64,000 nt of DNA from Hyphochytrium catenoides (lineage: Eukaryota; Protista; Hyphochytriomycota), in assembly GCA_900088475.1 (NCBI GenBank), contig FLMG01000116.1, forward strand, positions 11,302 through 75,301. Reading direction: 5' to 3'. A model generated the notes under the pieces. The model searched no databases, was not told the DNA's origin, and saw nothing but the letters and a program-made list of their open reading frames with translations. The position numbers were made by a program, and so were the translations under genes. Each line of letters starts with the position of its first letter. Positions within the stretch are counted from its first letter, which is position 1. Positions 48,780 to 60,700 of this stretch are shown here, piece after piece.

Positions 48780-51758
48780 ATGGCACAACGTAAGGGAAGG
48801 GGAAAGGCGTCACATTCAAAGACAAAGCCCCCAATAACTTCTGGAGAAACGGAAAACTCCAACCAGTCAGTGCAACTGCCTTTGAACGGAGTAGTGGCAG
48901 TGGTAGATGTACGTCGCACGCTCAATCGCGCTCAGGATTTAGTCTATGCGTGGGTGGTGACTGAGTTATTTCAGGTCCATCTCGAACCTGGCATTGAAGC
49001 AGCTGGAGCGATAAAGTCGAAGATGCTCGTCCTTGGGGCAAGGTAAAGGGATGCTCTTTATGCATAAGAATATGTACCTTTTCTTTACCCAGATGGATAT
49101 GTCTAATCAGGGTTGAGCCAAAATTATCCAACAATACCACGCATCTTGTGTGGGCCAAGGGAAGCCAACACACGTTAAATTCTGCTCTTAGCAAGAATAT
49201 TGCAGTGGTCAACCCACTCTGGGTTCAGACCTCAGAGATGGGCAGGGCAGATGAGGCGAGCTACTTTCCAAACGTTGGGACAGCGACCTATGTCAAGAGA
49301 AAAAGACCTTCAATGGAGCCTGGCGACAAGGATTGTCGAGAGCCCACTGATCCTTTCTACTCCTCCTCCCAGCGAGACTTTAATGATGGACCTTCTAACA
49401 CAAACCACTCCAAGTTGAAGAGAGCGAAGAAGGGAGACCCATCACCCACCACCCTACCCTTGCTCGATCGGACGAACTTAAGTGACGGCAATAAAGGCTA
49501 CAAGGTAACTACTTCCATAACAAGCTGATTCTTGAATCTAATAAGACGCCACATTGGTTGCTTCGCAGGAACTGGAGAGCAGTGACGCTGAGAGCAGGAC
49601 CACAAAGCAAATGGACGAAGCTAAGTCAGGTCAATTGGCGTATCCGAGAACGTACTTTCGAGACGGTGCTAACGTTAGGTGCAGATGGTACATCCCACAA
49701 TTCTTTTCTAGCTGTTTCGTCAGAGGCCTCCACTGAGATGCAGGTAGGCGTGCGTATCTTGGCCTGAATGGCATTGTTTTTAACTGGAATGGCCAGGGTG
49801 TCAGCGGTTCTAGAACAAGCGCGAATGGATGGGCTTGTTCAACGTGTACTTTTGAAAACCAAAGAAGCTCTCGGAAATGCAGATTATGTGGCACTCCACG
49901 GGAAACTCTAACATTGAAAGAGGCCCTTCCATCGCGAGAGACGTCTACTAGAAGAGCAAGGACAGCTGGTGATAAGGTGACCGAGAACAGCGTGACGTTG
50001 ATAATCCAGTCTGGCTCTTCCGGAAGCACCCAGAAAGAACACGCCGAAGTTTTTCTAGATACAACCAATTATATAAAGGGGAAAAGGACTAAGGATGGTA
50101 GAGTTCAGAAGAAGGGGGACAAACGACGGGAGACAGTTCCTGGACCGGGGGATGATGAAAAGCAGTTGCATAGCAGCAAGCCTCCCCAATCAGATATCGT
50201 GCAGGCAAAAGAGTTAATCAGCCCCAGCGACCCACAACTAGTCTCATATGCGCTCGATTCCCATTGCAAGCCGCTCGAGAGGCCAGGTAAGGCTAGGGCG
50301 AGGCGGATCAAAATGACGCATTCACGTGGTAAAGCTGCGATGATTGAGAATCCAACGAATGAGGCAGAAGCAAACTCTAGGCTTCAGTCTGAGAATCCGG
50401 ATGAACAGGCTGACCAGGACAAGTCACCTGAAAGTATCACCAGCGATGCCTCTAGCACTAGGCAGAAGACAATCGACGTTGGATCGACGTCGAGCGTTAC
50501 TACACATAAGGACGCAAGCCTTGCAAGGAATACTGTTCCATCGACCGTCACAGAGAAGGTGAATTTCAGCATCGGTGAATCGAACAAATCACATCCCGCT
50601 ACCCGGGCCAACTCTACCAAACGTCGGGTTACAAAAGGGCCTAGCCCGCCTAGCAATCATATGTTGGAAGTTGCTGCTGCCAAGGCTACTGGTCCTGACA
50701 ATAAGAAGGATGGAGCTTCTGACTGCATTGAAGTCCATGGCCGTACAAAGCTAACAGCAGCTAGCAACACATCCCTAATGAAGGGGACTTCTACCAAAGC
50801 TAGACAACCGAACACTGGAACTCCAATAACGACTTTCAGCAAAAGCAAAAATGATTCCAAGGCAAAGGGCAAGCGAGGCCCTCAGGAAGTATCAGGCGGC
50901 ACTGTCGTTCAAGGGACACAGATACCTCAGCCTGGTGGACCATTAGTGACAGTCGCGATCTCGGCGCTAGATGGAGAGGAAAGATCTTCGCTAGAAGCCA
51001 CTATGGAAACCCTGATGAACCGCGACTGCCGGCGTATTAGGTATCTGGCAGCGAATGCGAAGCCCTATGAAGGCTTCACGCATCTAGTATATGGCACCCC
51101 AAATAGCCGGACCTTGAAGCTTCTTTTCGCCTTGGCAAAGGGTGCAAAGGTGGTAAAGCCATCCTGGATTTATGCTTCTCTAGATGCCGAGAATCTAGTA
51201 GCAGAGGAGAGCCATCTCATGGATGAGTTCATTGGCAGAGACGGATGCTCTGCACTTTTGCAGGACTACTGCGTTTGCATCATAGCTGCGGTGGATCCTA
51301 GTATGAAGATCTTGACGAGATTAGTTAAAGCAGCGGGGGGTAAGGTGAGTGCTGATTGCCTAGTGTCTCGCTGTCCTGTTTCACTGAGTTGAGTCCCATG
51401 AGGTGGTCCGTAATGTCAAGCTAGCGAATGTCATTATTTCGGGCAAGAGGCTGCTCAGAGCTGCTTCTGTTACCAGCGTGAAGCAAGAGGTAAAGTACAC
51501 TAGTGTTCTAGTGCGCCGTAGAGGAGGAGTAGTCAGGGTAGCGGATGAAGCGTGAGGAGAGAAGACGAGGTCGCAGTAGGGAAGAGAGCTTGCTTGAGTG
51601 AGAGAAGACGAAAATATACTGGTAATGGCCGTCGCATTGCAGCTGACAAAATTGCTTTCGCTCGTTCCTTGTAGTGGCTCTTCGACAGCATCCAGAGAGG
51701 CGTGGTACAACCCTTAGAGCAATATGCGTGGCATTCAGTAAAGAATAAAAGGTCTTAA
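48780..51758 (+). CDS. Microcephalin (MCPH1)-like protein: N-terminal BRCT, central disordered region with a RanBP2/NZF zinc finger, C-terminal tandem BRCT
   Basis: LNGVVAVVDV...MLVLGARVEPKLSNNTTHLVWAKG...VVNPLWV...ADEASYF followed by KRKRPSMEP (cf. MCPH1 KKRKCMQP); WACSTCTFENQRSSRKCRLCGTPR; FTHLV...RTLKLLFALAKGAKVVKPSWIYASL; LVKAAGGK...WLFDSI. The start codon is tentative. Confidence 0.8.
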
Positions 51759-51774
51759 CTAAGCCTACGTCCCT

Positions 51775-54700
51775 TCAAAATCTTACTGTAGCTAAATCAG
51801 GCCGTGCACGGTTGCACATTTCGCAATAAAACTGAGAGTCCGCGTTGAAGTAAGTACATCCACCTTGCTCAGAGGCACAAATCCACTTTCCCGGTGGCAC
51901 CTCCCTCTTCCCAGTCCATCCGAGGTCACACATTGCACATATTTTGTCCTCAATAGAGTTTACAAAGGTGCAGTTGTTGCATCTCCATGTCTGTGGCTTG
52001 GCTTCTTCGGAAGGACGCTCGCCTTGCGCATATGGATTCCTGGCCTGACAAATGGCACAAGCCGCCGATTCTCCAGCGTTCAGATAAGTGCACGCCTCAC
52101 ATACCCATTCAGAGGGCAAATCAATTTCCCCGCCCCTGGGGCTCTCAGTCTTGACTTTCAAAATGACGAAAGTGGAGCTGAACTCCTCCCAGTCGATCAC
52201 ACTGTAACGAGTACAACGAAGGGGTTTAGTTAGGACTTCAATGCACTTAGAAGCGCAACTGACCAAGAGGTGTGGGGAAAGAGTTCACTTTAAGATCTTC
52301 CAAGGTGACTGCGAGCCATAGGGAGAACAGGAGGCCTGCGCTGTCAGGACATATAAACACGTACCCATCGCCCTTCTGGTCAGCCACGTGAATGACCTCA
52401 ATAATATCTCCTGCAGAGAAGCCAAGCTTCAGAGATTCGAATAGTCGCTGTGTCTCATCAAAAGTGAGTCTCCCGTCATTATCAAGGTCAAATGTCCTGA
52501 ACGTATCCTCCATGTCGAGCTTTTTGATCTTGATCTCGGAGTTAACCTTCAAATTGAAATCGTCAGAAAGGGATGCTTATATACCATGTCATTCCTTCAA
52601 AGGAGGGCCGCAAAGCAACTGGCCATCGTAACATAACCTTCTTTATCACTCGAACGTGGAGGTACTAATGCTGATTGCACCGTTTGGCCCCTCACCTGTT
52701 CCAGTTTGGCCCTAGCATGTAATAAGTGCCACTCTTCCTGCCTTGTGAAAATCTTGGCCAACGGTGTGTCTCCCCAAAGATGGCGCTCACGACGCCTTAG
52801 TCGCAGTGTCTCTCCAAAGAAGATCAGTCTGTACGGCGAGGAGATGGCGTTAATGCCAATCGTCAGCAAAAGACGATGGCCTCTTCCAGACTTGACGGCA
52901 GAGCGACGGAAGTAGAACGCACTTCGCGAAAAAGAAGGTATTCAAGCTGAAGACTTACCGATCAGGAAGAGACACATCCTTAAGTCCCTCCATCAATGCT
53001 TGCAGCTCATTATCCGTGTAATACATCTCTGCATTATAGAAACGCAGACACTGCAATCCTACTTCCAGTGCAGCTTCGGAGGCTTCCGTTGTTTCGTAGG
53101 CTTCAGAGCGGTCCAAGAGACGACCATCCAGCGTTTTGAGCGCGACTGCCGCGGCGGCTAGCACGGGTTGCTTTGAATGGATGACCCTTCGTAAGGTCTC
53201 AGCTTCGGCCAACGAAATCGCCACAACGAATCTAACTGCACTATCGGCTTCGGCTTTAAGCTGGGTCTGAAACTCGGGGTCCATCACTGTCTGAAGGGCT
53301 TTGGCGGCGGCTGCGTTCGCTTCTAGGCCTTGCGCGATGAGGGAAGTGAATATAGCCGCTATATGAGTCTGTAATGACTTTTTCGTCGCTTGGGGCAGCC
53401 ACTCCATGACAATATTAACATTCTTAAGCCTGCGGTCACCAAGGCCGACCCAAGTCGGTCGGAAGAAGTTGTCCGATAGCAAAAGATACTCGGGAAAGTG
53501 GATCTGGACACTATCTGCACGAATTTTGAAGTCACTGAAGCGGTAAAACGCTTCTTCGCCACGCTTAAAGGATGGCAAACGGCTAAGAAGCGAGAGGTTC
53601 CAGGGATTGTGCTGTTCGTCATCGCGTGTGAAGGCCGATATCTTCTGCTCTTCTTGCTCAGCTTCCTGTTCAGCTTCTTGTTCCGCCTCAGCTTCATTCT
53701 CATGCACCACTTCTGCAGTCAACTGCATGCTCACGGTATCTCTAGTCTGAGATTCTGACACTTGTTGGACTAAGTGGACTACGTAGTTGACCCGCTGGTG
53801 CTCAAACTCCGATTGCGTAAAGTCTCTGTTATGCTCTACTAGCTCCCGGAGTTTATCTTTGAAGAAGGTGGGCTTGGGAATGTAGTCGGGCACAGGGTAC
53901 CCAATCTTTTCTCTAAATTGGCCGATCGCGCGTCGAAGGAGGGCGTGAGACGAGTCTTTACCCTCAAATCGACGGAGACGACTGTGGGCTGTGGTGCCGC
54001 TTTCTGTCGGGCCATTAGTATGCACTTCATCAATTAGCAGCCGAATAGCTCTCTTTCTCCAGACATTGTGAAGCTCTTGAAGAGAGAGTTGAATGAACTG
54101 TAGGCTCTCCATCCTCATACTGTTGACCAGTAGCCAAGCAGGCACGTCAATTTCGGCCATGGACGTGGCCCGCCCCTCCAGGTCCCTGGCCATCCTGTTC
54201 TTCACTTCGGGTATGATATACAGCTGGATGGTCTGCCCCTGTCCGATGCCCCTCATTCTATAAGCGCCTTGCGCATAGTCTCTGAAGGTCATGTCTTTCC
54301 CTATGGTCAACACTGCTCGAGCATTTGGCCATTGCTTGATGTCCATTCCGGTGGTGTGGACTTGGTCGTAGAAGGTAAACCGTTTCTCTGGATCTATTCC
54401 ACACTGCATAAGGTTGATGGACTTTCCAGTGTTACGGAGAAGGATCATCTTTCGGTCCAATCGGTCTAGGTACACCACACCTTCGAACGTGTGGGGAAGG
54501 TGCTCAAGCAGAAAGTGCGCAACTTCTTCATTGTCCATCCCTGTAATCAGTGCCCCCGTATCGATCAAAGCGTGAACTGCAGGGCTGGAACGTGCCACAT
54601 CCATTAGCAAGGTCTTCGCGGTCCAATCAGACTTAAAGATAGCGGAAGTGACTGATGGCGAAGTGAGAACATTGATAATTCTGCCGTCGCTGCCAGGCTC

Positions 54701-57700
54701 GTAGAGACACTCCCCCAAATCTACAGGGAGAAGATTCGACGGTGTTCCTGAGAACCCAATGCGTGATTGGAAGAGGATATCACTACCTAGCTCGTGACCA
54801 GATGCGCTGATCTTGAGATTTTGAAAGTTCATGCAGGCCGGAAAGACGTGTTGTCGCAAGTAATAATGGACCACCTCCGGAACCTTTCTGACAAGAATGA
54901 AGAGCTGGCTGAGCTGCTTCGGATCGTTAGGCTGAAACAGGGGGAGAGGCAGTACTGGGATGGCCTCTCTCTTCCCTGCCCGCCTGCTGGACTTTGCCAT
55001 CCCAAGGAGGAGCCATCTCTTGAAAAGAATGCTCGCTGGTCGCTGGTCCCTTGGCCCAACCTGCCGACTGTAATCCTGCTTCAGCTGCTGGATTAGCCGC
55101 TTCAGGTCGGATATCCTCAGACCTTCGTAGCGATAGGCTAACACGGTGAGACCAATTACCACGTCCGGATGAGCGAACTCGGAGGATCGGCTAGGCACAT
55201 CTTTTCCGACAAATGGCACAGCCATCAACCGGCGACTTAACGGAGCTTTTGGGTCTATCATTGTAAGATCTGCAGGGCTGAGTATGCCATAGGAAACGCG
55301 ATCTATTTTCGAGAGGACATGGGGAAGCAAGGTCATAATCCAGTCTCGACAAAGATTTAGCAGTTTTTTGCTCTCTTGCAGAAGTCCATCCTCTATCTCC
55401 GCTTTCTTGATGTCATCCACTTCCTCCCTCGTCAGATACTCTAGCAGAAGCTCGTCAGAGACCTTGCAAGTACCAACAAAGTGATCATGGAGCCAAAGAA
55501 GGGCCCATCCCGCAATTAAAGGCTTCAACCGTTGATGATAAAAATCAAGATCCAAAAGCACCAAGTGCGGGATACGTTGCATAGCGTGACCCTCATAACC
55601 CTCCTTCAGGGTCTGGTCAAGGGCTTTTACGATCCCAGATGCGGCTTCCACTGACCGCCTGCTCTCTTCCGACGTCACAACGTGCGACTTACTCCTCGTT
55701 CCTTCCGCTCCCGTACCAGGAATAGGCTCCGTCAGCTCGCCATGGCCCAAGTGGAATATGGCATCTAGAATAAAAATGGGAAGGTCCCACCTTGGCCCGG
55801 CCAAGTCAATAGGAAACTTATTGCCAATCGGGAAATTGAGCTCAGAACGAAGCGGGTGAAGTAGAACATCAACTTCATCCATGATAAGAACCCCTTGCCT
55901 CCAGATATCCAAGATGCGCACCAGGGCATCTGCCATATCTGAGCGAGACGTCATGACATCCCTTAGTCTTGCCACTTCCTTGTTGTGTCTCACGGATGTG
56001 GTTGGGACCAGGGAAGCAAAATCCACTTGCTCTATCGAATGAAGCTGTTCAATGAATTTGAGCACTAAGCTCTTGATAGCCTCAGGTGGGGCGCAGACGA
56101 CGTCCCCTCGCCTTCTAGCGCTGTCCAACTTAGCATATAGCTTCGCCACAACCTCTACGCTATCCTCACATGAACGATCAAAGACTAAGGTGTAGACCCT
56201 CTTGGTCACAATCGAGCTAAACCGCGATCGTAGAATGTTACGAGTTTGCTCAAGGAGCGCTGTCGGCATGACTTGTGTTACGAGCGAGCGACGGTCAGCC
56301 AAAATGAGCGTGAGCAGTGGACCGACCACAGTTGTCTTCCCATACCCCATAATCATTTGCTGCACCATTGATTTGCCTGTCTTTGCACTGTCGACGAAGG
56401 AGTTGACCATCTCCACTTGTCGCTCTCGCAGCTGGATTTCAAAGATGTACTCGAAGACCAGGAAGCGAGGATCGTAAGTAGCGGACCGAGCGGATGAAGA
56501 GATGGAAATCAATGCGGTTTCCTGGTCCTTGTATTGAGTATAGTGCCTGACCGTCCCAAGCACTTGCGCTAGCTCTATCGAGGAGTGAGTCACCCTGTTT
56601 ACCAAGGAAGCAAGCTGATGAGGCTCCCTAGCGCTGAAGAGCTGCAGCAATAGGGACTTAAGAGCCTTTGCTTTGGAAATAACGCCGCTAGCGTGGGTGA
56701 TTCTGTTGGTGTGGAGAATCAATGCTTGTGAGAGGAGAATAACTTTCTCTGCGCTGCCCACGTAAGGTGAGGAGGATAGAAGATCTTTTTCCAATCGAGA
56801 AGAGAGAAGAAGAGCAATAAGATAGCTCACGCCAACCACTTGTCGCTGTCGTCCAAGCCTCTGCAAATAAAAAAGACACTTCTTCCGGGTCGAAGCAGGG
56901 TCTGCCCTTGCTTGACTAGCATTCGCGCCTGTTCCCTCTACATCCACCGTCTGGATCAACGTCCCGAGCTCATCCAAGCACCGATTGACGTGCTGGAAGT
57001 CTTTCTCCCGCAGCTTCTTTGTATCGTCAATGAGGTCATCTAGTAGTTGATTCGCGCCTGTGAAGACTCCATTTTGCGTAGTGAGAGCATGAAAAGAAGT
57101 GGAAGGCGAAGAGGAAAGCAACTGCAGGCACGAAGCTAAATCTTCGTCAGTAAAATAACGTAACCGGGGAAGAGGCCTAGCATTGGTGCTTTCTGCGTAA
57201 TCCTTGACGTCTTTGCTAAGCCTTCTTAGCAAGTCTTGGGCGACAGCTGTTTTTGATGCAGGGTGAGAATGGAGATCGAATGGTAGCACGTCCATAACTT
57301 CTTCCCGCTTCTGATCTAGCAGCACGTATTTATCCAGACCGATGCTACTCAGAGGCCGCGTAATAAACTCAGAGAGAGCAGCTGGAGATAGTTCTAGAAG
57401 CGGAGAGAAAGAGAAAGGCAAGAAAGGCCTCTCCTCGCAGCTGGTGTCTGAAGGGACCGCCGGTCTCTGGAGGCGTGCATCTGCTTCCCCTTTTATCTCA
57501 CTCACTCTCAAACTTCTAGAAAGCGGCTTCTCCTTCAACACTCTCCTNNNNNNNNNNNNNNNNNNNNNNNNNNNNNCTATCATTATCCACGGGAACGTCG
57601 GGCCAAGCTGCCTGCGGATGTCTCATCATACAGGCCAGTACGGCCATGGCTCGGGAGGGTACAGCTTCCTCCTCCCCCTCTCCTGCAGTCTCCTTCCCCC

Positions 57701-60700
57701 ACCGTGCAAGCTTCAGCTGGAAAACTCGAGTGAGAATCTCTCCAAATGAGCGATTGATTCTTCTTCCGTCGTATACAACATGGAGCTGCTGAAGGAGTAC
57801 TTCGTAGAGAAAGAGAAAACCTAATTGCTTGTTGGCTCCACTCTCTTCGTCGGCGGGAACATCATCAGACCAAAGAAGTTCGAGGCAATCCTCGTCCTTC
57901 AATAGCGTGCTGAGGCCCCCTGCTGAACCTCCTCCGCCTATCCCTCGCAATCCTCCTCGTCCACCTTCGTCCTCTTTAGGTCTTGGTGGCCGCTTGTATG
58001 TCAGACGGGTAAGATTGTGACCGTGTTCATCCAAGTACCTCTTCCCTAATGAAGTCAGCTTGTACCACGGCTGACCTCCAATCTTCGGGTGCTCTATGGG
58101 GAGGATGAGGTCCAGATCCTCGGCCCTCCGACGGCCATTCTCCTTGCTTCGGGCAGAAAGGAAGGCCATACGACACTTAATCGGCGTCGTGAACTGCTTG
58201 CAAAGATGGAGGGCATCTAACTCTTCTTCCCAGGTCAGTCTGCAGCCAGCTGAGACATGTGGGAGCTTGGCTAGATAGCCATGGGCCTCCTCGTGCACTT
58301 CCCACGGTGCCTTATTGTCTGAGTGCATAACGGCTAGTGAGAGCTTCAACCGGACAGCGTGAGCATCAGGATGAAGATCGTCGAGGGTCCGAGAGAGCTG
58401 GCCGAAGACCCAATTCTCCTCCTACAGAAGCATAAAGGGAATTATAAGAATTGTTATTTTGTCGTTAGCTGAGCTGTGAGCGGCAAAGGGAAGCAAACAC
58501 TGGTTGTACTTAGTTCGTGCACCCTCCTTGTTCAACGATAGCAAGATCTCATGAATGTCCAGAAAAAGCAACTCCTAGAGAGAACAAGTCCTAGAAAAAA
58601 CAGAGCGCATGTTAAGGTAAGGGTAGAATGCTTCCCACCTGAGTGAAAGGTACGTCAACGGTACAGCTATCGATCAGCGAAAATGCTGCTTCGTAATCTC
58701 TATGCAGAAATCGCAGCAGGATCAGGTACAGGGCCGACCCCAGAGTGTTCATCACGAGGAAGGTCCGAGATGTGTGCACAGGGTAGAGGTAGTACCGTGT
58801 CTCCATAACCTGCGTGAAAGGGACAGGGAAGGCTTGATGAAACGGATAGTATTACAGTGATAAACAACGCAGTTAGAGAAACGTAGATGGCTTCAAGAAG
58901 GTAAAAGCGCCAACCATCATCTATCGTCAGCTTAGCAAGCGTAGAGCTGGCTTGCAAGTAAATAGACTGGTACCAGCGCCAGTGATAATAACGAGTGACG
59001 AAGTTTGTATGCAATCATCCCTCCTTAGGACGAATCAGAGCAGCGTCTTACCTCCTGCCACCCTATGGAGCCTCTGTCGCTCACAACCTCGGCAGAAAAA
59101 GCGTTGCCTCTCACTCGTGGTCGGTAAAGATCATGATTAGCCACTAAAAGTTGCATGTCGCCATTAGTGCTCTCCAAGATCAAGGAGTTAGGGATCCCCT
59201 CTACTAGTCTTTGCAAGTAGGATGCACAGGGCGATGCTACTCCGGCCACAGTCGTGTCTGCTATCTTCCCTACTGGATCATGAACATACCAGCCGGCGTG
59301 ATCGGTGAGGAAGAGGTGTACTTTTCCCTCAGCGTCTCTTTGTGGCTGAAACTTAAGCTTCAGACGTGGAAGCTCAATCATTGCAATTTGACAAAGAGAA
59401 GATATATCAACTTCCATTTTGCTCTCCTCTCTTCCTCTCTCATCCGAGCCCTCTCTCTCGCCAATTACCGCCTTCGCTGTATCAGTGATGTTAGAGCTGC
59501 TTGTCCATACTAAAATATGGGAAAGATTCTCCAGGCGTGAAAGTGTACTGGCCATGCGAAAAAGAAGAGAGTGAGAGGGTGCATTGAACAGGTCCAGGAG
59601 CACCAAATCACCTCCAACATGTGCGCTACTTGAGGCCGGACGAGGAGACACACCTCCAGACGCTGTCCGTTCGTCTGTAAATAGAGCAGCTGCAGGTCTC
59701 GCACCCTGGTCCTCTACCTCCATTGCGTCCGAAGAAGCAGCCGGCTGCACTCCCTTTCTCTGATCCTCATAGGAGCGAATCTCTCCCTCATTGGTAGGGT
59801 CAGATAGCCAAGCTCGAGCCAGGTTCACGTCGTCTCCAAAGAGCTCAAGAGCGTAGTCCAATGCATGGTCCGAGAGCGAAGGAAGAGAGAGCTTTAGCTC
59901 AGAGATAAACTGCATACGGGTCAGTGAACGAGAAAGAGAGGCCTCTCCCTCCTTGATTACTGCGTCAACCTCGTCTCCCGCCATTGCTTCTGCAAGAGCT
60001 ATCTCATCCTGATTCTCCTCGTCAAGGAGCCACTGTGCGGCGAGGGCTACAGAGTTACCGCACTTCTTGAGCGCTAGTTTGCAAGCAGCGGGATCAAAGC
60101 CCAACGCTACAAGCTCCAATATCGCTTCTTCTGAAGGCAGAGAGGAATGGGACGCCTGCTGATGTGCCTTTGATGTCTGCCGGACAAGCGGCGGTGCAGC
60201 GGCTAGGATCTCCTTAGGATTCTTAACTTTGGAATGCTCCGCTGCAAGAGGCCTCCGAACGACTATCGCGCTAACCCTAGCTTCTCCGTCTATGCCGTTG
60301 TCTTTCCTTTTCTTGCTCCCTGGGAGAAAAATCTCTATGTTATAGCCGAACCACTGATCGTTAGCATCCACAGGCCAGCCCCGAAGGATGTCATCCTCGC
60401 CTATCCAAATCTCAAAGGCTTCCAGGAGTGCGGATGGGATGAGTCCTTGTAAAAGACGGGGAGGTAGGTAAGTCTCTGTTCCTCCTATACTCTGGTTCTT
60501 TCGGACTATGACGAGGGACGAGTCCACATCTCTCCTCTTCTTCCAGTCTCCGGCAGAAAATGTCACTCCTGCCTCCAGACTGATGCCCAGGCGATCAAAG
60601 TTGGGGGAGAGAGAGTGAAGAGGAAAGCGAGAGTCAGAGGAAAAGACCAATTGGCGGTACATTTTCCTACCATGGCTCACTAGGTTGAAGACCAGAACCA

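Noticed and set aside
34008-51758. BRM, EPC1 and MCPH1-like as a chromatin gene cluster
   Set aside because: Interleaved with unrelated housekeeping genes; no shared element beyond a weak motif.
57516-57583. Apparent frameshift or pseudogene in the giant ATPase
   Set aside because: The frame change coincides with the 29-N gap of unknown true length.
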